From the NCBI GenBank assembly GCA_963728205.1, contig CAVSIV010000001.1:768001-832000 (forward strand): a stretch of 64,000 bases of DNA. Direction: 5' to 3'. Of this stretch, positions 36,986 through 48,191 are shown in pieces. The DNA is from an uncultured Chloroflexia bacterium (GTDB lineage: Bacteria > Chloroflexota > Dehalococcoidia > UBA2979). The position numbers were made by a program, and so were the translations under genes. The notes under the pieces are model-generated. The model worked only from the letters and a program-made list of their open reading frames with translations. It searched no databases and was not told the origin of the DNA. The stretch's first letter is position 1; each line of letters begins with the position of its first letter.

Positions 36986-37600
36986 TCAGGCCGGGTGGTC
37001 GCGGATCCACCGGGTGCGCGCGGTCTCCTCGCGCTCCGCCTCGTCGAGGCGGCGCCGCAGGCCGCGCTGCTCCGCCTCGAGCAGCGGGATCCAGCGCCGC
37101 TCGACGATGCGCAGGCGATGCGACGTCGTGGCGATCTCGGCGTCGATGCGCGCGGCCGCGAGGTTCAGCGCGCCGCAGCGCGCGGCGGCCACGAGGGCGT
37201 CGCGGTAGGCGTCCGCCGCCGCGCCGACGGCGGCGCTGCCGCCGAGCGTCGCGTGCGGCGACGCGGGCGGCGGGGTGCAGGCGGCGTGCACGGGGTAGGC
37301 GACGCCCATCGTCTCGCGCCACGTATAGGCGACCTCCGCGACGCCCGCCGCGTGCTGCGCGGCCGCCGCGAGCGCGCCCTCGCCGGCGAGCAGCTGCGCG
37401 CGCACGAGCCAGCGGTCGGCGGTCGCGTACGCGGCCGCCCACGCCGCCTGCGCGCGCTCGGCCTCCGCCCCCAGGCGGTCGCGCTCGACGTGCAGCGCCG
37501 CGAGCTTCTGCTCGAGGATCTCGCCCCCGCGGCGCGCGACGGCGAGCCGCTCGCGTAGCCAGAGGCGGCCGCTGCGGCCGGGCGGCACGCGCACGCTCAC
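36986..37600 (-). CDS. ntpD: V/A-type ATPase subunit D
   Basis: RLAVARRGGEILEQK, EIATTSHRLRIVERRWIP, LDEAEREE; last gene of the operon. Confidence 0.85.
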   Translation of the reverse strand: MSVRVPPGRSGRLWLRERLAVARRGGEILEQKLAALHVERDRLGAEAERAQAAWAAAYATADRWLVRAQLLAGEGALAAAAQHAAGVAEVAYTWRETMGVAYPVHAACTPPPASPHATLGGSAAVGAAADAYRDALVAAARCGALNLAAARIDAEIATTSHRLRIVERRWIPLLEAEQRGLRRRLDEAEREETARTRWIRDHPA

Positions 37601-39156
37601 GGCGCGTCACCCGGCGGCGCGGGCAGCGCCGCGTGCGCCTCCGGCCCCGCGCCCGGCCCCGCCTGCGGTGCGGCGGCCGGCGGAGCGGCCGGCTCTTCGG
37701 ACTCGTCGGATGCGCCCGGCGCGATCGGGCGGTAGTGCGCCTCCACGATCTCGCGCGGCACCATCGTCAGCTCGCGCGCCGGCAGCGCGCCCAGCGCGCG
37801 CCACGTGCGGTCGAGCGTGTCGGCCATGGCGCGCGACTCGTCCATGCGCTGCGCCATCACGTCGCGCGTGAAGGCCGCGGCGAACGCGACCGTGAGGCGC
37901 TCGCGCGGCGAGAGCGCCTCCTCGCCGAGCAGTTCCGCGAGCTCGCCGGCCGCGCGCGCCCGCGCGAGCAGCGCCTGCGCCTGGGCCGCCGCCGTGGGGT
38001 GGTCGTCGCGCGTGCGGCCCGCGCCGACGCCGTGGCGCATCAGCCGCGACAGCGACGTCAGCACGTCGACGGGCGGGTAGATACCGCGCATCGCGAAGTC
38101 ACGCGAGAGCACCACCTGCCCCTCGGTGATGTAGCCGGTGAGGTCCGGCACCGGGTGCGTGATGTCGCCGCCGGGCATCGTCAGCACCGGCATCAGCGTG
38201 AGCGAGCCCGGCCGGCCGCGCACGCGGCCGCAGCGCTCGTAGAGCGAGGCGAGGTCGCTGTAGAGATAGCCCGGGTAGCCGCGCCGCGTCGGCACCTCGC
38301 CGCGGGACGACGCGACCTCGCGCACCGCTTCGCAGTAGTTCGTCATGTCGGCCATCAGGACCAGCACGTGCTGGCCGCGGTCGAACGCGAGGTGCTCGGC
38401 GACGGTGAGCGCGAGGCGCGGGGTGAGGATGCGCTCGACCGCCGGGTCGTCGGCGGTGTTGAGGAAGAGCACGAGGTCGCCGGCCTCGGCGCGCTCCTGC
38501 AGGCCGTCGCGCACGAGCGCGGCTTCGGCGTGCGTCACGCCCATCGCCGCGAAGACGACGCGGAACGCCTCGTCGCCGCGGTCGCCGCTGGCGCCCTCGC
38601 CGGCCGTGCGCTCGACGTGCGCGGATGCGGCGATCTGCACGGCGAGCTCGAGGTGCGGCAGGCCGCCGATCGAGAAGATCGGCAGCTTCTGGCCGCGCAC
38701 GAGCGTCATCAGCAGGTCGATCACCGAGACGCCGGTGACGATCGGGTCCGCGGGCGGCTCGCGGCGCGCGGGGTTGAGCGCGAAGCCGGTGACCGGCTCG
38801 CGCCGCGTGCCGAGCACCGGCGGCCCCCCGTCGAGCGGCTCGCCGCGGCCGTTGCACACGCGGCCCAGCCAGTCTTCGGTGAGCGGGATGCTCATCGGCC
38901 GCCCGGTGAACGCCGCGCGCACGGCGTGCGTGCCGAGCCCGCCCGTGCCCTCGAAGACCTGCACGACGGCGAGGTCGTCGTGCACGTCGATCACCACGCC
39001 ATGCCGCCGCTCGCCGGCGTCGGTCACGACGTCGACGTACTCGTCCCAGCCCACCCCGGCGACGCCGCGCACGACCATCAGCGGGCCGTCGAGCGACTCG
39101 ACGTCGCGGTACTCGACGGGCGCGCGCCACGCGGGCACGGCGGGGTCGAGCGTCAT
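37597..39156 (-). CDS. ntpB: V/A-type ATPase subunit B
   Basis: TLVRGQKLPIFS, TPRLALTVAE, DMTNYCEA, RRGYPGYLYSDLASLYER, THPVPDLTGYITEGQ. Confidence 0.95.
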   Translation of the reverse strand: MTLDPAVPAWRAPVEYRDVESLDGPLMVVRGVAGVGWDEYVDVVTDAGERRHGVVIDVHDDLAVVQVFEGTGGLGTHAVRAAFTGRPMSIPLTEDWLGRVCNGRGEPLDGGPPVLGTRREPVTGFALNPARREPPADPIVTGVSVIDLLMTLVRGQKLPIFSIGGLPHLELAVQIAASAHVERTAGEGASGDRGDEAFRVVFAAMGVTHAEAALVRDGLQERAEAGDLVLFLNTADDPAVERILTPRLALTVAEHLAFDRGQHVLVLMADMTNYCEAVREVASSRGEVPTRRGYPGYLYSDLASLYERCGRVRGRPGSLTLMPVLTMPGGDITHPVPDLTGYITEGQVVLSRDFAMRGIYPPVDVLTSLSRLMRHGVGAGRTRDDHPTAAAQAQALLARARAAGELAELLGEEALSPRERLTVAFAAAFTRDVMAQRMDESRAMADTLDRTWRALGALPARELTMVPREIVEAHYRPIAPGASDESEEPAAPPAAAPQAGPGAGPEAHAALPAPPGDAP

Positions 39157-40904
39157 GTCCGCCTCTCCTCGGGCGCCTCGATCGCCTGGACGAGCGCGTC
39201 GGCGAGGCGCGTGATGCCGGCGACGTCGTCGGGCGCGAGCGCCTCTCGCGCGCGGAGCAGCGCGGAGTAGTCGAGTGCCTCCACATCCGCTGCGGTCACG
39301 CCGCGGTCGACGGCCGCGCGGGCGGCGTCGTAGACGGCGAGCATCGCCTCCAGCAGCGCGAGCCCGCGCTCCAGCGGCGAGTAGGCGTCGTTCGCGTTGA
39401 GCGCGTTCTGCTGCAGCACGCCCTCGCGCAGCAGGCGCCCGGCGAGCAGCGTCATGCGCTCGCGGTCGCGCAGCGCCGTCGTGCCGACCAGCTGCGCGAT
39501 CGACTCGAGCCGATCGGCGTCGGCGAGCACGGCGAGCGTGCGCGCGCGCAGGTCGAGCCAGCGCGCCTGGCTGGCGTCGGCCTCGGCCTCGCCCGTCGCC
39601 ACGACGTCGACATCGCGCGAGAACGACTCGCTCCAGCTCACCGCGGGGTAGTGGCGCGCCGCGGCGAGCTCGCCGTCCAGCGACCAGAAGCAGCGCACGA
39701 AGCGGCGGGTGTGCGCGGTGACGGGCTCGGTCTGGTCGCCGCCCGGTGGGGAGACCGCGGCCACCACCGTGACCGACGCCTCGGCGCCGCCGAGCGTCGT
39801 CACGCGTCCCGACCGCTCGTAGAACGCCGCGAGCGCGGACGACAGGCTCGCGGGGAAGCCTTCCTCGACGGGCAGCTCGCCGGCGCGCGACGCGAACTCG
39901 CGCAGCGCCTCCGCCCAGCGCGAGGTGGAGTCGGCGATCACGACGGCGTCGTAGCCCTGATCACGGAAGTACTCGCCGACGGTGATCCCGGTGTAGATGC
40001 TCGCCTCGCGCGCCATCACCGGCATGTTCGAGGTGTTCGCGATCACGACCGTGCGCTCCATGAGCGGGCGGTTCGTGCGCGGGTCGATCAGGCCGGGCAG
40101 CTCCGAGAGGACGTCGGCCATCTCGTTGCCGCGCTCGCCGCAGCCGACGTAGACGATGACGTCGGCGTCGGCCCACTTCGCGATTTGCTGCAGGAGCATC
40201 GTCTTGCCGGTACCGAAGCCGCCCGGCACGGCGGCGGTGCTGCCGAGCGCGACGGGGAAGAGCAGGTCGAGCACGCGCTGGCCGGTGCGCAGCGGGGTGT
40301 CGCTCTCCAGCCGCGCCGCCGCCGGCCGCGGCGCGCGCACCGGCCACGGGTTCACGAGCCCCACCGCCGTGCCGCCGACGACCGCGATCTCCGCGTCGCC
40401 GGCATATTCGCCGGCCGGCGCGACGCGGTCGACGCGGCCACGCACGCCCGGCGGCGCGAGGATGCGGTGCTCGACGGCCGCGGTCTCCTGGACGACGCCG
40501 AGCACCGTGCCCGGCTCGACGCCGTCGCCCGCGGCGACGCGTGGCGCGAACGTCCAGCGCGCCGGCGCGGCGTGGTCGCGCTCGGCGCCGGGGTGGAGGC
40601 GCTCGGGCGCGCCGCCGAGCGGGCGCAGGAGGCCGTCGAACACCTGGCCGATCAGGCCGGGGCCGAGGTCGGCGGAGAGCGCGCGGCCGCGGCCGGTCGC
40701 GGGATCGCCGGGGCGGAAGCCGCCCGTGTACTCGTAGACCTGCACCGTGGCGACGTCGCCGCGGATGCGCACGATCTCGCCCAGCTCGTCGCGGGCGCCG
40801 AGCGCGACGAGGTCGAACATGCGCGCGCCGGCGAGGCCGCGCACCTCGACGAGCGGTCCGTTCACGCGAACCACGCTGCCGCGCTGCCCGGCGGCGGCGG
40901 TCAC
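39153..40904 (-). CDS. ntpA: V/A-type ATPase subunit A
   Basis: PGGFGTGKT, YVGCGERGNEM, NTSNMPVMAREAS, DSTSRWAEALRE, AVSPPGGD. Confidence 0.95.
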   Translation of the reverse strand: MTAAAGQRGSVVRVNGPLVEVRGLAGARMFDLVALGARDELGEIVRIRGDVATVQVYEYTGGFRPGDPATGRGRALSADLGPGLIGQVFDGLLRPLGGAPERLHPGAERDHAAPARWTFAPRVAAGDGVEPGTVLGVVQETAAVEHRILAPPGVRGRVDRVAPAGEYAGDAEIAVVGGTAVGLVNPWPVRAPRPAAARLESDTPLRTGQRVLDLLFPVALGSTAAVPGGFGTGKTMLLQQIAKWADADVIVYVGCGERGNEMADVLSELPGLIDPRTNRPLMERTVVIANTSNMPVMAREASIYTGITVGEYFRDQGYDAVVIADSTSRWAEALREFASRAGELPVEEGFPASLSSALAAFYERSGRVTTLGGAEASVTVVAAVSPPGGDQTEPVTAHTRRFVRCFWSLDGELAAARHYPAVSWSESFSRDVDVVATGEAEADASQARWLDLRARTLAVLADADRLESIAQLVGTTALRDRERMTLLAGRLLREGVLQQNALNANDAYSPLERGLALLEAMLAVYDAARAAVDRGVTAADVEALDYSALLRAREALAPDDVAGITRLADALVQAIEAPEERRT

Positions 40905-41419
40905 GACCACAGCTCCGCGACGCGCGCGCCCAGCGCGTCGATGCAGCGGTCGACGACGGCGGGGAGCGAGTAGTCGACGCGGCGGCCGTCGGCCTCCGCG
41001 ACGATGCCGCCGCCCGGCGCGTCGTCGACGCGCGCGTCCGCGCCGAGCTGCTCGGCCGCGGCGCGACGCAGGCGGTCGGACAGTGCGTCCACGGCGGGCG
41101 GGGACGACGGGCCGCCGCCGGCGGGCGCCGCGCCCGGCGCGAGCGCGGCGAGCGCCTGCACGCGCAGCGCGTCGTATGCGGCGCGGCGCGACTCGAGCAC
41201 GCGGCGCTGGGCCTCGCGGCGCGCGCGGGCGCGCAGCCGCGCGCCGGCGTGCTCGGCGACGCGCGTGCCCTCGTCGCGAGCCTCCGCGACCGCGGCGTCG
41301 GCCGCGGCGCGGGCGGCGTCGGTGCGTTCCGCGGCCGCGCGCGCAGCGTCGGCGGAGATGGCGTCGGCGTCGCGTTGCGCCGCGGCGAGGACGGCGGCGC
41401 GGTAGGTGGCGAGTGTCAT
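40901..41419 (-). CDS. V/A-type ATPase subunit E-like stator protein
   Basis: Ala/Arg coiled coil; GGIVAEADGRRVDYSL; lies between F and A. Confidence 0.75.
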   Translation of the reverse strand: MTLATYRAAVLAAAQRDADAISADAARAAAERTDAARAAADAAVAEARDEGTRVAEHAGARLRARARREAQRRVLESRRAAYDALRVQALAALAPGAAPAGGGPSSPPAVDALSDRLRRAAAEQLGADARVDDAPGGGIVAEADGRRVDYSLPAVVDRCIDALGARVAELWS

Positions 41420-41640
41420 GTCGGCACCTCCACGCAGACGAGCCGCGGCCGCTCGCGGCTGCGGTCGCCGATCGCCGCGGCGGCGGCGGGGGTGAGCAGC
41501 AGCAGCGCGACGTCGTCGGGGAGCGCCTCCCACGCGGCCAGCGCCGCCGCCGCGTCGGCGGCCGGGGCCAGCGCGACGCCCGCGAGCGCGAAGCCCTCGA
41601 TGCGCGCGTGCTCCCCGATGGCGACGGCGCGTCCCATCAC
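41416..41640 (-). CDS. ntpF: V/A-type ATPase subunit F
   Basis: AVAIGEHARIEGFALAGV. Confidence 0.85.
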   Translation of the reverse strand: MMGRAVAIGEHARIEGFALAGVALAPAADAAAALAAWEALPDDVALLLLTPAAAAAIGDRSRERPRLVCVEVPT

Positions 41641-41647
41641 ATGCCGC

Positions 41648-43546
<1,899 letters not shown>

Positions 43547-43560
<14 letters not shown>

Positions 43561-44509
43561 CGAACGCCTCCAGCGGCGCGCCGCCGCGGGCGGCGAACGC
43601 GAGCGCGGCGCGCACGCGCCAGGCGTCGACGCTGAGCAGCGCAATGGCGCCGAGCACGACCTCGGCGTCGCCGAGCGTGCCGCGCAGGCAGCCCGCCGCG
43701 TCCTGCTCGACATACCGCCACCAGCGCGACTCGGCGATCCAGAGGTCGCGCGGGTCGGCGATGCCGTCGAGCACCCACTCGAGCGCGCGCGGCTGCTGCT
43801 GTGCGAGTGCCGGCACGGAGGCGGGGTCGTCCCACCCGGCGCCGAGCGCGTGGAGATGGAGGACGGCGTCGTCGTCAGGGCGGCGGGCGTCGAGGAAGCG
43901 GTCGGCGGCCGCGTGGACCAGCGCGCGCGCGGCGGCCCAGCGGCGCGCGCGCCCCCCGTGGCGTGCGAGGCGCTCGGCGAGGCGCAGGCGCAGCGCGGCG
44001 ATGATGTCGGCTGGGCGCGCGGAGCCGGGGTCGCCCCAGGCGGAGACCGCGAGCACGGCGCGCAGCTCGGGGATCGAGCGCGCGGCAGCGGCGCGCGGCC
44101 AGGCGTCGCCCAGGGGATCGAGCGAGAACGGGCGGGGCGGAGCGCCGCCGGCAAAGACGAGGAGGCGGCCCTCGAGGTTCGCCAGCTCCCAGCGCGCGAC
44201 GAGGTCGCGCACGAGCGACCCGGCGCCGGGCGGGAGCCAGCCGGCCACCTGCTGGAGCTGGATGAGCACGGCGCCGGAGACCGCCTGCTGGGCGTCGCGC
44301 AGCGACATGCCGTCGTGGACGGCGCGGCGGTAGGGGGTGGCGGCGAGGGCCGCGAGCGCGGCGTCGAGCGACGGCTCGCGCGCGATGCGGCGGGCGCCCC
44401 CGCGGCCGAGGCGCCGGCGCGCGAGGAGTCGCGCGCGGATGCCGCCCGCGACCCAGCCGGCGCTGGTGTCGCGGAACGCCGCGGCGCCGGGGCTGCCGGG
44501 CGTGATCAC
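43547..44509 (-). CDS. V/A-type ATPase subunit C/d-like
   Basis: AGWVAGGIRARLL, ALAATPY, WELANL; operon position; start uncertain. Confidence 0.65.
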
Positions 44510-44967
44510 GGCGCGCGCTCCTCGCCAGCCGCGGGCACGGGCGGCTCGCGCAGCAGCGCGAGCGCGGCGTCGACGAGCGCCGGCAGCCGTTCGGCCGAGA
44601 CGCGGCGGATGCGCTCCGCCTCGCGATCCGCCTCGGCGCGGAGACGCTCGGACTCCACGCTGCGTTCCTCCATGCGCAACTGCATCGCCTCGGCCCGGGC
44701 GCGTCCGGCGCGCTCGCGGGCATCGCCGCGGAGAGCGGCCACGGCCGCGTCTGCGGCGGCGTGTCGACGGTCGGCGGCCGCGTGCGCGGCGGCGATGGCG
44801 CGGTCGGCCTCGTCGTCGACGGCGTCGAGCTCGGCGAAGAGGGGCGCGAGCTCCTCGGCGAGGACTTCGCTCTCGTCGATCTCCGTGGTGGTCGACGGTG
44901 GGGGGCCACCGCCCATCAGCGCCGGCCGGCCGGCGACGCGGAGGAGGAAGTCCATCAGGTCGGGCAT
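44506..44967 (-). CDS. V/A-type ATPase subunit G/H-like coiled-coil protein
   Basis: First gene of the operon; EELAPLFAELD followed by an Ala/Arg/Glu helix. Confidence 0.6.
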   Translation of the reverse strand: MPDLMDFLLRVAGRPALMGGGPPPSTTTEIDESEVLAEELAPLFAELDAVDDEADRAIAAAHAAADRRHAAADAAVAALRGDARERAGRARAEAMQLRMEERSVESERLRAEADREAERIRRVSAERLPALVDAALALLREPPVPAAGEERAP

Positions 44968-45098
44968 GCGCGTCGCCCCCGTCCTGCCTCTGCGGCACCT
45001 CTACGGTCCGGTGTCAGCGGGCGGACGTTTAGGGGCATTGGTCACCCGGTGCGGATGACAAGCGCAGGGCACGGCGCCCTCCGCTGCGGCCGAGCCGG

Positions 45099-45923
45099 TT
45101 ACGGCGTGAGGCCGTACCGATCGCCGCGCAGGCCGCGCACCGCGAGGTCCACCGTCGCCAGCCGGCGCTGGCCCTCCACGCGACCCGTGCCGCGCATGTC
45201 GCGCATCGCGACATAATCACCCAGCGCGTCCTCGAGGTGGCTCGTATAGCCCTGCATGTCCTGCGCCTTGTTCATCTCGATCTTCGAGAAACGCAGCGCG
45301 GCGGGGCTGTTCTCGGCGACCCGGCGCGCATACGCGTACGTCTCACGCTCGAGGTCGGCCGGCGCGAGCACGCGGTTCACGAAGCCGTAGCGCTCGGCGT
45401 CGGCGGCGGAGATGAAGCGGCTCTCGAAGCACAGCTCCTTCGCGCGCTTCACGCCGATGTCCCAGGGGATCGACATGTACTCGACGAACCCGGCGAGGAA
45501 GAGCGCGTCGTCGGCGGCGAACACCAGGTCCATGCACGCGGCGAGCATCCAGCCGGCGTAGATGCAGTAGCCCTCCACCATCGCGATGGTCGGCTTCGGG
45601 AAGTTCCGCCACCGCAGCAGCAAGTCGAGGTTGTACTTCTTGAACTGGTCGTACTGCTCGATGCCGGGCTCGGCGCCGAGCGACTCGCGGTACGCGGTGC
45701 CCTCGGGCGTGCCGAGATCGTGCCCGGACGAGAATGTGCCGCCGGCCCCGCGTACGACGACGACGCGCACGTCGCGGTTCGCGCCCGCCAGATCGAACGC
45801 GCCGTCGATCTCGTCGAGCAGGCGGTAGCTCTGCGCGTTGCGGTACTGCGGGCGGTTGAGCGTGATCGTCGCGATCGGGCCGTCGACCGCGTACTCGATG
45901 TCCTCGAAGCTGCCCTCGCTCAT
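45099..45923 (-). CDS. enoyl-CoA hydratase/isomerase family
   Basis: ITLNRPQYRNA, FSSGHDL, KPTIAMVEGYC. Confidence 0.92.
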   Translation of the reverse strand: MSEGSFEDIEYAVDGPIATITLNRPQYRNAQSYRLLDEIDGAFDLAGANRDVRVVVVRGAGGTFSSGHDLGTPEGTAYRESLGAEPGIEQYDQFKKYNLDLLLRWRNFPKPTIAMVEGYCIYAGWMLAACMDLVFAADDALFLAGFVEYMSIPWDIGVKRAKELCFESRFISAADAERYGFVNRVLAPADLERETYAYARRVAENSPAALRFSKIEMNKAQDMQGYTSHLEDALGDYVAMRDMRGTGRVEGQRRLATVDLAVRGLRGDRYGLTP

Positions 45924-46030
45924 GGTCTCCCCCGTCGTGCATGTGCATGCGCGGACCTGTCGCGGCGGCAGTCTACAGGCTGCCGCCGCGGCCGGCCCGA
46001 AGGGGAGGCAGCCGACGGGGCGCAGCGCGC

Positions 46031-46549
46031 CTAGGAGGCGCGGATGGTCGTGTGGATCACGATCACCGGCAGCGTCGTGCCGCGGATCACCTGCTCGGCG
46101 ACGCTCCCGAGGAGCGCCTGCACGATGTCGCGTCGTGCCCGCGTGCCGACGGCGATCAGGTCCGGGGCCAGCTCGTCCGCGAGGTCGAGGATGACCTCCG
46201 CGGGGTGCTCGGCCGAGCGGATGTGCGCCGTCCATCGCGTGGACGGCGGGAGATGGCGCGTGGCGAGGCCCTGGATGGTGCGCAGGTGCTCGGCGTCGAC
46301 GCGCTCCGCGGCCTGCACGACGTCCTCGGCCGGGAGGTGTCGCACGACGCTCGCCGTCGCGCCCAGCTGGTTCGAGAGCGGCGGGCCCTCGACGTGGGTA
46401 GGACCGCTCGCCGAGATCGTCTCGTGGATCTCGCGGGGGTCGATGACGCTGACGATGTCGACCGCGTCGCCGGATCCGAGGACCCTGCCGACGCCGTCGA
46501 GCACCTCGCCGCTGACGGGGCCGCCGTCGATCGCAATGAGTACGCGCAT
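46031..46549 (-). CDS. universal stress protein (USP)
   Basis: RVLIAIDG, DLIAVGT, LLGSVAEQVIR, PVIVI. Confidence 0.88.
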   Translation of the reverse strand: MRVLIAIDGGPVSGEVLDGVGRVLGSGDAVDIVSVIDPREIHETISASGPTHVEGPPLSNQLGATASVVRHLPAEDVVQAAERVDAEHLRTIQGLATRHLPPSTRWTAHIRSAEHPAEVILDLADELAPDLIAVGTRARRDIVQALLGSVAEQVIRGTTLPVIVIHTTIRAS

Positions 46550-46789
46550 CGCTGCGCTCCCTCCGGGGCATCGGGGCGCGGGGCGGAGGATCACGAGGGA
46601 TCGTTTCGCGCGGCCGCCCCGCCGGGTAGAGGCGGTGGACCCGAGACGGCGGGACCAACGGGGCGACGGCCGGCTACGCGGTGCGATGCCTGCACCGCGG
46701 CGGCGTGTCTCCCTGCACCGCGGCCGCGCGCCGCCCGCGGCGCATACTGGTCGGCGGCCGCCACCCGGTCGCGCGAGAGGAGACGCCCG

Positions 46790-47086
46790 GTGCCCGACCA
46801 GTGCACCCACCTCGACACGGTCCACGACGTCACCCCGTCCAGCGACGGCTGCGAGGATTGCCTGCGCATCGGCGGGCAGTGGGTGCACCTGCGGCTGTGC
46901 ATGACCTGCGGGCACGTCGGCTGCTGCGACAGCTCGCCGCACCGCCACGCGACCGCGCACTGGCAGGCGCATCCCGACCACCCATTGATCCGCTCCTACG
47001 AGCCCGGCGAGAACTGGTGGTGGTGCTACGTCGACGAGCTGGCCTTCGAGGTGCCGGACGCGCCACCGGCGCCGTCGCATCCGTAG
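46790..47086 (+). CDS. stand-alone UBP-type zinc finger protein
   Basis: CTHL, GCEDC, WVHLRLCMTCGHVGCCDSS, HATAH, WWWCYVD; SD GAGGAG. Confidence 0.9.
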   Translation: MPDQCTHLDTVHDVTPSSDGCEDCLRIGGQWVHLRLCMTCGHVGCCDSSPHRHATAHWQAHPDHPLIRSYEPGENWWWCYVDELAFEVPDAPPAPSHP

Positions 47087-47142
47087 ACCGCCGCGGCGCG
47101 GGCGACCTGCGGTCGACCGGGCGACGCGCGTCTCGGATACTC

Positions 47143-48111
47143 ATGCGCATGCCCGACCTCTCGATGCGCGACCTCCTGCGCGAGTCGCCCGTGCGGCTCG
47201 CACCGATGGCGGCGTTCACCAACGCGCCCTTCCGCGCGATCGCGCGACGCTGCGGGAGCGGCTTCACGACGAACGAGGAGATCGACGCCGACGCGCTGCT
47301 GCGCGACAACACGCGCACGGCCGTGATCGCGCAGACGTTCCCGGGCGAGGGAGTCGTCGCGATGCAGCTCCTCGGCGCGAGCGCCGCGACGCTCGTGCCG
47401 GCCGCCGAGCGGCTGGTCGCCGACGGCGCGCCGATCATCGACGTCAACATGGGCTGCCCCGTGCCGAAGGTCGTCCGCAAGGGGAAGGGCGCCGCGCTGA
47501 TGTGCGACGTGTCGCGGACCGCGCGCATCCTCGCGGCACTGCGGCGCGCGATCGACGTTCCGCTCACCATCAAGATCCGTGGCGGCTGGAGCGCCGACCA
47601 GATCAACGCGGTCGAGGTCGCGCGCATGGCGCAGGACGTCGGCGTCGACGCCATCACCGTCCACCCGCGTTCGCGCTCGCAGCGCTACGCCGGCCGAGCG
47701 CCGTGGGACGTGATCGCCGACGTGGTGGCCGCCGTCGACATCCCCGTGACGGGCAACGGCGACGTGGCTTCGCTCCGGGAGGCGCGGCGGATGATGGTGG
47801 AGACCGGCTGCGCCTCGGTGATGATCGGGCGCGGTGCGCTCGGCCGCCCGTGGGTGTTCGACGCCGCCCACGACGCCCTGGAGCCGGATGCGCGTGCGGC
47901 GCGCGAGGCGTGCGTGCTCGCGGAGCACCTCGATCTGATCGAGGCGTGGCTGCCGCCGAAGGAAGCGCTGATCCAGGCGAAGAAGCAGGTCGCCGCGTAC
48001 ACGGCCGGCGCGCCGGGCGCGCGCGAATTGCGCGCGCGCATCTTCGCGCAGCCAACGGTGGCGGCGGTGCGCCAGGAGCTCGCTTCGAGCGGCGTCCGGC
48101 GAGGATGCTGA
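47143..48111 (+). CDS. dusB: tRNA-dihydrouridine synthase (DusB-like)
   Basis: LAPMA, DVNMGCPVPKV, TIKIRGGW, TVHPR, GNGD, VMIGRGALGRPW. Confidence 0.88.
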   Translation: MRMPDLSMRDLLRESPVRLAPMAAFTNAPFRAIARRCGSGFTTNEEIDADALLRDNTRTAVIAQTFPGEGVVAMQLLGASAATLVPAAERLVADGAPIIDVNMGCPVPKVVRKGKGAALMCDVSRTARILAALRRAIDVPLTIKIRGGWSADQINAVEVARMAQDVGVDAITVHPRSRSQRYAGRAPWDVIADVVAAVDIPVTGNGDVASLREARRMMVETGCASVMIGRGALGRPWVFDAAHDALEPDARAAREACVLAEHLDLIEAWLPPKEALIQAKKQVAAYTAGAPGARELRARIFAQPTVAAVRQELASSGVRRGC

Positions 48112-48191
48112 GGGCGCGCAGCGAGGAGCGTGCGCACGCGGCGTGACGCTCAGCGCCTTGACCAGGCGCCGCTCGAAGCAACCTCTGCTCG